The notes: a model not told the origin generated them from the letters alone. Counted from the whole stretch's first letter, positions 26,979 to 38,456 are shown. The stretch: 55,191 nt of DNA, filler included, from Sphacelaria rigidula (GCA_964200075.2; 6 parts of 6 records of this genome joined end to end with filler, not necessarily neighbours in it); one strand, 5' to 3'. Translations and numbers: made by a program.

Positions 26979-27135
26979 TGCTCGCGGGGACTTGACGCGC
27001 CTCGTTGGCATGCGCACCGTGGCATTCCTCGGACTGCTGGCGGAGATCAATGCTGACGTGGGGCTTTCAAGAAAGGGTGGAGTCGTCGGCGGCATCTGCT
27101 TCTCCAAAGCCATGTTCTGGGATAGGAAATACCAG
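26979..27135 (+). CDS. Unknown membrane protein, last visible exon (gene probably continues)
   Basis: Pyrimidine tract + CAG acceptor, GTGACA donor, 157 nt, phase 2-0, matching the previous exon. ARGDLTRLVGMRTVAFLGLLAEINADVGLSRKGGVVGGICFSKAMFWDRKYQ. Confidence 0.88.
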
Positions 27136-27546
27136 GTGACACTTTTTAAAACAGCGAGTACGACACAGAGGTAGGTGTGGCGCGAGAGTCCTGCAAGATC
27201 ATATATACTTTTTTATGGTGAATATCAGGTGGGAGTCGTGTTGTGAAGCTCTTGTGTTTGGGGGCCGCAGGTACGCCACACCCTGCAGAATATATGGTCA
27301 ATAGTTGCAATAGGTTTATGCTTTTACACAAAGTAATTTATTTGTATCGCAACAAGTTTTCATACAATGTCCAGGGTCTGAAACATACTTGGAGATACAT
27401 GTTGCGTGCGTACGTGCTTGAATATTACTACTTTATTATCATCATTGTTATGGTTATATCCGTCACATTCGCTCGATCTCTCGAACCCGTGGTCACAGAA
27501 TGCAAGGAGCATACCACCCATACCCATAATAAAGTAGTAATATTCA

Positions 27547-27646
27547 NNNNNNNNNNNNNNNNNNNNNNNNNNNNNNNNNNNNNNNNNNNNTTAATTAATT
27601 AANNNNNNNNNNNNNNNNNNNNNNNNNNNNNNNNNNNNNNNNNNNN
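27547..27646. other. Artificial spacer
   Basis: N44-TTAATTAATTAA-N44. Confidence 0.99.
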
Positions 27647-28157
27647 TTCTGGCCATTTTTCGTACCTTTCTTGGGCAAAAACCGAGAAGGTATACCTTTT
27701 CTAGGCTACTGCTCAAACATTTTTGACAGACCCTTGCTCTGACCGCCGCGCTGAGTCATCTGTTGAACAAGCAAACTTTTCATTAAAAAAAATGGCTTTA
27801 CAACTCAGGTGACTCACCCTGGCGGTCGAAGGGTGAACCCCTTGACTGCGTTGTAGTCAATTTGAGTTCATGAAGTGCCAGGTTGGCGGTCAACGCTCAA
27901 CCCTTTGACCGCGAAGCAGTTCATTTGAGTTCATGCGCAACAATGTACTAGTTTGCTTATTATACTGTCTTGGCATTTGTATATAGTTGCTCCCACGTTA
28001 GAAGACCCCAGGCTGTTCGTGGTTCAAGGATTTCCCTATGGACGACGAATTGCGCATGGATGTTTTATTTCATCCACGAAAAATGTGCACAACAATCGAG
28101 ACACAGGACGCTCGCAATGTCATGCATGGACTCAAATTAACTGCGCGTACTTCGAAG

Positions 28158-28365
28158 CAGGGCTTGAGACGAGACCTCGGGACGGGACCGTTTCCCGTCG
28201 CTACGAAAATGACAGAACGGGACGGGACGGGAACGGTCTGCCGTTCCCCGGAAAATGACGGGATTGGACGGGACGGCTTGGGGGTTGACGGGGCAGGACA
28301 GGACGAGAAATCCTGTATGAACCACCCTGTCATTTTCCCGTCCCATGGGATTGTGATCATCCCTG
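28158..28365. mobile_element. Small hAT-like MITE with GGGAC subterminal repeats
   Basis: Ends CAGGGCTTGA...TCATCCCTG, internal (ACGGG)n motifs, candidate TSD CTTCGAAG/CTTTGGAG (6/8 match). Confidence 0.6.
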
Positions 28366-30222
28366 CTTTGGAGAATTTCGCTGTCAGAGATTGACCATCA
28401 GGTTGGGCCATTTTTTGAGTGCACCATTCACTTGGAAAATGTTTGTTAGGCCGAGATGACTCACCCTGACGGTGAAAGGGTCCGGCTGTGGGCCTAATCC
28501 CTTGAACGCCACGGTGGGTCACCCGTCGAATGTGCATTTTAACTTGACAGAGGATAACAATACCGGTATGATCACCTTGCCAGTCACAGCGTTATCCTTT
28601 GACCGCTGGGGTTGGTAATCTGATAAATCGGACTTACTTTCAAATGCCTTTTTGATCCAGATGATACACCCCAGTGCCCATCATTTCGACGCATGAAGCA
28701 TCGCGTACAGATGCCCGCGATATGGAGCGCCCACACAGCCACAGATAGCCTGAGTCTACTAGACTTCAATGCTGAGATCGAATGCGTTGGCTCCATATTG
28801 AGCAAGACGATCGATGTATATGCGCAAATAGTTGTTTGGCCTCCTCGCCCAAAAATTCTGCAATTTCGGCTCCACTTGTGCGATGCGGTCTTCTGAACAC
28901 AGCCGGTGCAAGTTCAGCTCCATGAGGGAATGAAGCCAAACGAAGTGCATCACATGTGATCGAGTAAGAGCTCTCGTGAGGGCTATCACCCACTCTTCAT
29001 GTGGTAGTTCAACTCTGTTGGTCAGTGTTTGAACGACTTACACTATTACTATATCGATTGTGGCTTGTACGCTGTTGGTCGTTTCGGGCCCAAATCTCGT
29101 ATAACTCGAATGTAGTGTCTCTGCATACCTGCCCCACGAACCCGAAAGTGGACTTTAATTTCAACTTTGAATCAAGTTGTCCCAAAACACGCCCTTACAG
29201 ACGTCTTCTTTGAGTATCTTCCCATCAAGATATATTCACGATTATATGGGAGGTACATCAAACTTAGTTCCCGGTTTCCTGTTTTTTTGTACATTTTTTT
29301 CAAGTGAAAGTGAAGGCGATTCATCAGATAATGAGACCCTTTGACCGCCAGGGCCAGCGAATAAACCAGGAAATCGGGAACCGAGTTTGAGATACCTTTA
29401 AAACAAGAAGCGTTCCAAAATAAAGCTTTCACTTTTGTGATTTTTGCCCCTGGTCATCGTCCGACTTTCGACGTGGAATATTTCCGGGCGTATAACGAAC
29501 AAGCTCTAAATAAAGGACGCAGTTGATTGTGTCTCTTATTTCAAGTCATTTGACACTGGGGTCAAGTGGGGATGGCTCAGTTTAACCAGATTCCGAGTCT
29601 CTTGAAACCAGATACACCAATCAACTACGTTCTTGCGTAGGAGGTAGCTACCATGCAGCGTTGCGGATGTTCCTGTCCTTAAATTTTCTACTTTGACAGT
29701 AACCCCTGTGTATTAGTGCAGAGCACGTCGGTGAATAATTTTACTTGATTTTATTGGAGAATGTTTTGCCCAGTGGATTTCGTGTCGGGTCCAGTACCAA
29801 ATCCACGAAAATAGGCGAACAATTTCCCCCCATGGCAACCAATATCCCCTTATGCCCCTGTGCACGGAGGAATATCAACTTGTGGAAGAGATATTTTCCA
29901 GGCGAGGGGGCGGGTTTCACCACCTTCTTGTTGTTCGCCTACCGCATCCTAACCCTTTGACGATGAGAGCAGCTCATGTGTTGAATCGGCATCAACTTCA
30001 CTTACTTGAAAAAGGTATGCGTGATCCAGATGGACTACCCTCGTGGTCTAGGGGTCAAAATCGTTAAAACATTTTTCGATGGTTCTGAGGGTTGGTCTGT
30101 ACAGGATCAGACTCTTGTTATCGCGACTCCAGAAGTATGTATATAATTTTGAAGTCGAAACTCGAACGCCGAATTGAATCACTTCTGTTGTGAAGTATCT
30201 TGCCTTGTGGAATTAGTTTGTA

Positions 30223-30820
30223 CTTCCTCTGTCCCATAAGTAAAGTTCGTTGTGGGGGATAGGCCGTACCTCGCCAACGGAGGTGCTCACGATGTTATGT
30301 TTAGGTTCGTTGAAAATATTATATAGTTTTGGAGATGGCCACATGAAAAATAAAAAATGAAATAATCGACCTTCGACCTTAGAATCGTTAGGTCAAACAT
30401 GGCCAAATTTGACCAAATTCCTTCTAATGGGTACATTTTCAGCCGAATTTCAACGAATTTGGCTTGTTTTGAAGAAATCGAAGGCTGTAATGTAAACGAG
30501 TGATTTCGGAGTAGGCGTAGCTATCGTATGTCAGCAATGAACCGGAGAAAAAGAGCCAGTTATGCTTTATTCGCGATTTTTGTCGTTTTTCGGGTTCCCA
30601 GGGTTCTTCTCTGTGTTCTGGTAAAGGGGCGAAATAAGGCCATCTTGGGGGGCGAGTGATCGTTTATCGGCCGTTCGGGCACGCTGGCTGCTGTGCAAAC
30701 AGAAGAAACGTGATTCAAGTAAAAAACCCTGAAGATTGCAAAAAAAATATCGCCTACGGCATTAGACATGGTTAAGGGTCCGTGTGATCATAACGGACTT
30801 CACTAATGGGACAGAGGAAG
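30223..30820. mobile_element. Tc1/mariner-type MITE, relative of 19424-20052
   Basis: TIR CTTCCTCTGTCCCATAAGTAAAGTTCGTT / AACGGACTTCACTAATGGGACAGAGGAAG. TA on the left, TG on the right. 5' subterminal similarity to the 19424 copy. Confidence 0.8.
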
Positions 30821-33561
30821 TGTGATATTTTTTGGTGGCCTCAAGGTGTCTAAGTACATCACTTGACTCTGCCATTTACCCTGCACTCTTTTCCCTCCTC
30901 GTTAGTACTCACGAGACGAGTTGCATAGTACACCATCTGTTGTAGAGAAATCTTAGCGTGCCATTGCTGTGTCGTTTTATTCGAACGCGAGGTCAAAATA
31001 CATGTGCTCGAATTCTCGTTCATACGCTCTAGGAGGCACCGCATTTCTTCCCTGTCATCATTCACGCGTGAGCTCACAGCGTCCGACATGAAACCCACGC
31101 TGTCTATATAGACCTGTGTACAATACAGAAAGGACAACACACAGCGTTTTTTGCTTGATTTCCATGACACAAATACTCCGACATGTATCGAAATGTACCA
31201 AAAAGGCAGGCGTTGATCCGGAATTTTGCCGACGTGGGCCTTCGAAGGCTACCTCACACAAATTCCAACGTTTTCTCCCATAGACTTCACAACCAGATTA
31301 TACTTCAGAGACAGTTGGCTTGACCGTTCACACGCCGGTCGTCAAACCTATCGGAGATATCGGCGTCTATGTCTGGTCTATGCTGCTTTTGTTGCTTTGG
31401 TTTTGCGGATGCGACTGGGTGGGTCTGATCCCTGAGTTTTTCTCAGTGACCGGGAATCATTCGTAGATATCGACCTGTGTTTTGCTCACGATATTACAAG
31501 AACCGATTGAGATTTACTCGTACACTTTTGGCTGTGAATGACTAGGGATTACTGCGGCCTGGTGACGCAATGAGACGAGCGGTGCAGACGTGATTATAGG
31601 AGTTATGTATCTGTGATTTCGGTTTCTGCCGTTAGGTACTGGGTATTCGGATGCTGTGAACAATCAGAAGTACCATTTCTTCGCAAAGCACATCCTGTCC
31701 AACTTGATCTTGTTGCTCCTCAAAGTGTCTCTGTGGACCTAATCGTGTATAATATCTTCCTTACTCAAAAATGTGCGTGCTCAACGCTCACAAATGCGCC
31801 ACATGGAACACGCTGCCGTACCGGGTGAATTCATTTGCTTTCCATATTCAGGGTTGTACGTGCCACAGGCTTCATACACATATATGGTCGCTCCTTACTC
31901 GATAATATCCCACACAAGAGAGACGTCTTTAGAGTGCGTTTTACACTGATCTCCAAGTACTGATCATCTTGGCACGAGGAGTCAAACCGGTGCAGAAAAG
32001 ACAATGTACCTTGCATTATTACCTCATTGACCCGCTCTCTCACTTCCCCCTACTTCCTTCGGTTTCCCCGCCCGAGTCGACCGGGAAATTTCGACGCTGC
32101 CTTGTAATCTGGTAGGTTTGGGTGCTTGCTACGACAACCTTGCTGCTGACTATCCTGCCAACTGCTAAGAGCACATGGTGGTGCTGGGGCAGTGGTCGTG
32201 ACAACGATGATAGCCGTGAGTTTGATATTCATTTTCGGCTGTCATGTTTTTCCTTTCGTGGATACAGCGAAGTAGTTTGTCCCGCGTTCTCCAGCTTGAA
32301 GCTCCACTCTCCCCCCCCGGCGCATTGACGCTTTGTTGGCGTTATTCACCAGATACTGTACGTCGTTTCTTGATAGGGTTTGGGCTCCGCAGCGTTTCTG
32401 CTTACCCGTGTTGTTTTCCGCCAACGTAATGTTTGTTGCTGTTACCTCACCACTTATATTCTTTCATGTTTCAACGCTCATGATTTCCAGATACTCAAGA
32501 GAGGGTTTCCGGTACGTGGTATTCGTGTTCGTTTTCGTGTGGTTCGTCGTGGATTGGGTCCCTCTGCTCCTCGTGTGCAAAGAAATAACGTCAACCAGCC
32601 CGCAACCAACGGGGCATTCCCTCTTGCCCTCGCCTGGCCACCATGAAATTTGAACATGCCCTTCGTTTTCTACATGTGTGCAGAAGATAATTGCGCCAGC
32701 GATGGCAAGTACTGCAAGTCCTACAGCTATTAGGGCCGAGGGTCCATGACCTGCTGTGACGGTTTTTCGTGCATCGACAAGAACTGCACCGGTGCGGTCC
32801 GTGTACAATGTGAACTCCTTTAATAGCATCCTATCAAAACCGCGCCCGTCCACGGAGAACCCAGGGCGCGGAACAGGGAGAGCTCGTCAACGGACTGTTT
32901 GTTATATGTCAATTCGTACAGCTTGAGTATTGTACACTTTTGTTCTTTTGCCGGCTGCACGTGGGTGTGCAATCCTCGGGGAATGTGGCTTGGAGTGTAG
33001 ATCCCTCGAATACTTCGCCGGTGATTACTCGTAAGCGTAATAATGGTGAAACACCAGGCAACATTTGTCAGTTGTATGCTGTGAAATGGTTCTAATACTT
33101 TTCGTTCTCTCTAGCTCATACGAGTGTCTCAGGTACTTCGCGGCTGACTGCTTGAATCAGTGAAGCGATGAAGCAGTAAAACACATTTTCCCGGCGTATA
33201 TACCATCGTATCGTGATCCCAATGCATGTACATTTTCCTAGCGCGGACGCATGTCAACCTGATGTGTAGCATCGACATATTCTGTGGTCAACGCTTCGTT
33301 CAGCGTTGGGTATTGCAATGTATTATTTTGATCGACGTGGGTAAATTCGCCATGTGCTGACGAGTTACTCCTTACTGTCGTCGTTTCTTTCCGTTCCGCT
33401 GACTGCGGTGATCAGCACGACGAGTGCGAAGTGATGAACGACTGCTGCATCGAGTTCATATGCGTCGACGGGCGATGTGAGTGCTCCCGGGATTCAGTCA
33501 TATTGACGCTGTTGTTAGTCATTATTTAATCATTTTATTAGTTATTCATTTGTCGCAATTT

Positions 33562-33880
33562 GAACCCTCCCCTTCCTCGGAATGAGTCCGTGGTCTCAAG
33601 GGATCAACCCATCTCTCCCCGGTAGTTCGAACGGCAGAAATGGAATTCGACGGGTGTTCAGTTTCGTGTTGTGGTTATGGATTCCGGTGAACTTGCCAAT
33701 TCTTGTAGACCCCCGCCTGAGTGCTGCGAGAAGCGCACCTGCGCGTCTGTCGAACTTGCGGAAGTGGTCGTTTCAGCTGTCATTAGTCTCCTCTGTGTAC
33801 CCGACTGAACCAGCCGGGAGCACACACAGTCAGGCTTGGTGTGTGTTACTCAGGGCAACCTCCGCGTCATGGTTCTGAGG
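33562..33880 (-). mobile_element. LINE 3' end (degenerate ORF C-terminus + 3' UTR)
   Basis: Minus frame NHDAEVALSNTHQA*LCVLPAGSVGYTEETNDS*NDHFRKFDRRAGALLAALRRGSTRIGKFTGIHNHNTKLNTRRIPFLPFELPGRDGLIP* (stop at 33596-98). The terminal 60-70 nt are shared with SINE family B. LINE assignment is inferred. Confidence 0.6.
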
Positions 33881-33889
33881 GGTTACGTC

Positions 33890-33961
33890 TTATCCTCGTT
33901 TTCGTCTATTTGAGTTTCTTTTTTGCCACAAGTTGATGCAGACATGGGCGATGGGCCAATC

Positions 33962-34005
<44 letters not shown>
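33890..34005 (+). repeat. Probable retroposon 3' tail ending in (GAT)n
   Basis: About 15 GAT units abutting the truncated 5' side of a cystine-knot exon. Confidence 0.6.
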
Positions 34006-34006
<1 letters not shown>

Positions 34007-36127
34007 ACGGAGCCCGACTACGGCCGAGAACATGGCTTGTACCATGACGAACGACTGCTGCGGCGATCTGGAGTGTATTATCACTCCGGAGACTAGTGGT
34101 GAGTGGAAGCTCAGGGAGCGGTTGGATTAAGCGATGACGTGCTGTAGTCGCACAGCTGATCAAGGCAGAGACGTTCCTGTCCGTGGATGACATGGAACAC
34201 AAAATGAACGATGGGTAAGCGGCGCGACAAGGAATAACGCGATGAATTCGGTTTCCGCCAAACCTTTTCGAACAGTCCTTGTGCCTGTACCGCTGCTTTG
34301 GGAGGAGTGCTTCCTCGAGGAAACATCTGTTTCAGCGCCTGCATCATCAATGCGTAAATATTTGCGGTATATTGACCGTCTTCTACAACAAAAGATCAGG
34401 GGGGAAAGATAGGACTTTTGCTCTTTTCTAGGCAATCGATTTACTCGCGGATGAAGTTTATCGCACCTCTGTTCTGAAATATAGTTTGTTGGCTCGCTGG
34501 AAGTGAATCGCAACAATCGGCCGATTACCGGGACGCTGATTTACACAGTACACAATCCTGGTCACAGCCGCCCGCCGAGGTGAATACATTTGTGCAAACG
34601 ACACATTTGGACCGCGCAAATGGCTTATTTAGACCTATAATTCCCAGAACTCTTTTATAATCCCCAGAACTCTTTCTCGCAGATCTGGAACCACAAAGAT
34701 CGGTCCAGTACACCATTGCCGGTCGTGTGACCCAAGAGCCCTTCTAGAACCGATGACTGTCAGCATGTGTCTACAGTATAAACTATGAACAGAACTGTTC
34801 GACTACCGTCTGAGACCACATGGACGATTTTCCAGGTAGTCTGAATTTTTGTATAATATCCTTGTCCACTCAGAAAATGGTTCACCTAGTATATGCCGTA
34901 GTTGACTGTTGATGAATATCATAGATTTCCAGATCCAGGGTTTTCGTGCATGTTGAGATATTTTCCAGGACTTGCTAACATCTACATAATTCTATCCCGT
35001 TGAGAATCTATGGAGTCGTCGCCCCGAGGATAATGAATGACCAATCACCAGGAAAACGCTTCGGCTTCCAAGGTGATCGGCAAGCCAAGATGTACCAACA
35101 ACCAGGGTTTCGAATAAGATCTGTCTCGTCGTTCTCGTCCTGAGGTCAGATGTCTACAGGATTAGACGCCTACTGCTTTTGTCAATAACGTCGACGGGAC
35201 CCTATCACCGCGTCTTGATCCACGAAAAATCACTGACCATATTCTGGTCGTTTAGATGCCGTTTTACATCCGTATGCGGTGCTTATATAGCTTGAATTAT
35301 CAGCTTTACTCCCAATTATTCTCGCTGTTCGGCAGTGTTTCAAACCATGAAAAGAGACGCTCTGATCATCTCGTACGTGCACGCTTCCATGTAAAACACG
35401 TACAGTTTTTGAACTATTTCAAGGTGAAAATCGTGAGACAGTTGACCCTCTCCGCGATATTCATGACGTAACCCCATTATCTTGTGTCGAATTAGTTTGC
35501 CAACCCCATTTACTACAGTGTGCGCGAGCGATGAGAAGTTTTGCTCGACTTACGGGGAGACGTGCTCTGTCTTCGTGGTGTGCTGTGACGGCTTGGCCTG
35601 CTCAGGGGATGCCGGCAGTGAGTTTGAAATATTGTGTGGAGGCAATCGGTTTCCTGCGTTTTATCTCGATCCTGATTTGCACGTTACTGCATCCTGCGCG
35701 ATTTTTCGTTTCTCCACCATGCAGTTGATAGCTCAAGTGCCACAAACCGGTGCGTGTAGTACAACCATCTACACCCTTCTTCCGGAATCGTGATCCAACC
35801 CTCATAGACAACTCTTTGGGCTGAGTTTGCAGACATGAATTGCTCCCATGTGGTGGTCGATCAAGGCTGGAACAGGGACGGGTACTTTCCTAGATAGGTG
35901 ATGTTGTCCAATGGACAGGCTCTCATCCTTGTTCGCTAATGCTTTCCACTTTATGATGCTCTGGCCGTATTCGCCTCGTGGTTGCATAATGTCTAATTTT
36001 GGCTGAAAAGGAAGACTGATACTGTACTACAGCATGTCAAACACTAAACTATCGTACCATGTCTGCCAGTGTTCCTCCGTACATTGTGAGCTCAGCACGG
36101 CATGTCGATCCTACATGCATTTCGCAG

Positions 36128-36761
36128 CGTGTGCCGCATCGATGCCGGTCTGTGCGAGGAAAATTCGACGCTTGCCACTTAAGTACTGACTGCTGCGAGG
36201 CCTTCGAATGCGGCAACAATGACGAAGTTGACTTGTGCGTCAACCCCATAGCACCGACCATGGAGCCCGAACCTAAATGCGCCAGCGAGTTCGACGCGCG
36301 CGCCACGATTACTGACTGCTGCGAAGGCTTAGAGTGTAGCAATAGCGGCAAAGTTGACTTGTGCGTCACGTCGGTGGCGCCGATCCTAGACCCCGTTCCT
36401 ACCTGCGCCAGCGGGTTAGACCCGTGCGTCCTCACCGCCGACTGCTGTGAGGGCTTAGAGTGCGGAAAAGGTGGCGAACTTGACCAATGTATTACACCTG
36501 TGGCGCCAACACCAGCCCCGGACACTTCTCCCGTTTACGCCCGGGAATCCGACGCCTGCATCGCCATCACCGACTGCTGCGAGGGCTTGGAATGCGGAAA
36601 TAACGGGGAGGTAGACCTGTGCGTTATACCTGACGCGCCGAGCCCAGACCCGGTCACTACCCCGCCCACCTGCGCCCGGGAATTCGACTCGTGCACCCCC
36701 CCCCCCCGACTGCTGCGAGGGCTTAGAGTGCGGGGACGATGGCGAGCTGGGCCTGCGTGGC
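36128..36761 (+). CDS. Large exon with five tandem Cys-rich units of about 42 aa (C-x6-C-x5-CC-x4-C-x8-C + Pro/Thr linker)
   Basis: CAG acceptor at 36125-27. Repeated DCCEGLECG..GEVDLC motifs, visible in ORF 36059-36817. Confidence 0.8.
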
Positions 36762-36861
36762 NNNNNNNNNNNNNNNNNNNNNNNNNNNNNNNNNNNNNNN
36801 NNNNNTTAATTAATTAANNNNNNNNNNNNNNNNNNNNNNNNNNNNNNNNNNNNNNNNNNNN
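36762..36861. other. Artificial spacer
   Basis: N44-TTAATTAATTAA-N44. Confidence 0.99.
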
Positions 36862-36911
36862 GGGGTGGGGGGGTGTTGTGGGGGGTGGGGGGGGGGGCGT
36901 GGCTGTGGTGG

Positions 36912-36961
<50 letters not shown>

Positions 36962-37241
36962 GGCTCAATTGTCGCTTCCCTTAGCCATTTGGCCACTGAC
37001 CGTTGACAACACATCCGTTTCTCGAGAGGTTAGAAGTGAGACAAAACAAAGTTGAAGATTAAATGTGCGTACAGGTCCGCGCTACGGACGTGCTGTGCCA
37101 TGGTCGACTCCCTGCACCTGAGAGACAACGCCGAAACGTGTGGGGTGAGAGTGCTGTGCGGATGCTGGCTTGCGCCTGTGACTATACGTACTCTGTGCTA
37201 CCCTGTGTTCTGTCGTCCTGCAAACAATCCCTTGCAAAAAG

Positions 37242-37356
37242 GTGTCGAGCGATTATCCACGTTGTGAGCGGTGCTTCACCCGACCCAGTGGGGGACTTCC
37301 GAGCCATCAACCAGGAGTTAGCCCTGTTCTCGGAGGCACTGGCCATGAAACCACAG
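37242..37356 (+). CDS. obg: Obg-family (ObgE/CgtA-like, probably organelle-targeted) GTPase, internal exon
   Basis: AAG acceptor, GTGTGT donor. (R)[38 protein letters not shown] is the segment that follows HIER in Obg G-domains. Confidence 0.9.
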
Positions 37357-37412
37357 GTGTGTGTAGGTGTGTAGGTGTGTAGGTGTGTAGGTGTAGGTGT
37401 AGGTGTAGGTGT
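37357..37412. repeat. (GGTGTGTA)/(GGTGTA)n minisatellite at intron start
   Basis: Read directly from the sequence. Confidence 0.85.
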
Positions 37413-37924
37413 GAGAGAGCGAGTGTGACGCACGTCGCAGGCTCTATTTGGTACGGTGGATGCTCCCCCCTTCCGTGAAGGGTGTACAGGCTAGGGGATT
37501 TATCACCGGTGGGCCGAGGGAGTTCGCATGTTTTTTTTTCTCAGGCACCACAGCCCAAAATCTCCAAAGAGTGGCCAAAAAGACAGCGTCGTTGTCCAGC
37601 AGATCGCAGTTAAAGTTTGCTATTATCTCATGCTTTTGTTTTTTCGCGGTATGACTATTTTTCCTTATTTTTTCTTCGTTCACTGCCCCCCCCCAAAGGA
37701 GACTCCGTTTCGAAAGGGATGCGTGGTCAATGGTCAAACGACTAAGGCAAGCAACAAATGAGTACGCCCCCCCCCCCAAAGGAGACTTTCTTTCTGAGGG
37801 TTGGCATCGATTGGCAACGACGCTGCAAAACACGCCACCCACTTCGTGAGCTGTGCAACCAGGTTATCGTTTCTTTTCTTCTTACCGCTTCTTTCCGGTA
37901 ACCAATGTGGTGTTCGACCTTGAT

Positions 37925-38455
37925 CATGTTGTGCAGAGTGGAGAACCTCAACTCCGCGCAAAGGGGATGATCATACTACGCAGTGCTTGAATGGCGAGAC
38001 ACCCATGAAACAGTGTGTAACCGGTGGCTGTCTATGGGAGTAGCGATACCAGAGAATGAAGTGACTGACTGTAGGCTGTCATCCATATGCAAGATAAATT
38101 AATACGCTTCGGATCGAACAATCTCAACAGGATGCAGCTTACCCTTCATGCGACTCGCCGAGCGTATCACGGTGCTTCGCGCTTGGTAGTTGCGAGCCTG
38201 GTTCGGCGGGAACCCGGCGTGCTCCGTCCCGGCTCTGTAGGAATGCGAGGTCAATGGTCTATTACTACGGCATGCAAGATCATGAGTACATACCCAAAGG
38301 GGATACTCGTACTACGTAGTGTTTATGTAGTGAAACACCCATGAGGCAGTGTATGTAACCTGTGGCTGTCTCTGCAAGTGGCGATACCAGAAAAGGAAGC
38401 AGCCCATTCGAGGCTGTCATCCACACACAAGATAATCAGTACGCTTCGGGTTGAA
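37925..38455 (+). repeat. Family D, about 1.5 tandem units (period about 335 bp)
   Basis: TACTACG.AGTG...ACACCCATGA..CAGTGT...GTGGCTGTCT...GCGATACCAGA occurs at about 37974 and 38310. Homologous to 8655-9116. Confidence 0.75.
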
Positions 38456-38456
38456 G

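Larger units (their letters stand above)
32116..36761 (+). pseudogene. Multi-exon tandem cystine-knot (ICK/knottin-like) repeat protein, probably pseudogenised; 3' end cut by spacer
   Basis: Phase-1 exons ending in GTGAGT: about 32116-32215 (signal-peptide-like VWVLATTTLLLTILPTAKS, tentative), 33402-33476 (CGDQHDECEVMNDCCIEFICVDGR), about 34006-34098 (CTMTNDCCGDLEC), 35519-35617 (CSTYGETCSVFVVCCDGLAC), and 36128-36761 (five units). Lesions: CTG in place of CAG acceptor at 33399-33401, retroposon inserted at 33562-34005, +1 shifts in homopolymers at 36160-63 and 36696-707, Cys->Arg and Cys->Tyr changes. Confidence 0.75.

Noticed and set aside
33890-34202. Poly-Met, poly-Ile and poly-His ORFs
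   Set aside because: Translations of the (GAT)n microsatellite. Only the Cys-rich part at 34030-34098 is credible.
36128-36761. Regularly spaced repeats as a CRISPR-like array
   Set aside because: The repeats are degenerate at codon third positions and encode a protein motif. No cas genes; eukaryotic context.
36862-36960. Poly-G run / poly-Pro ORF as a continuation of the knottin gene
   Set aside because: It lies across an artificial spacer and is low complexity, possibly low-quality sequence.
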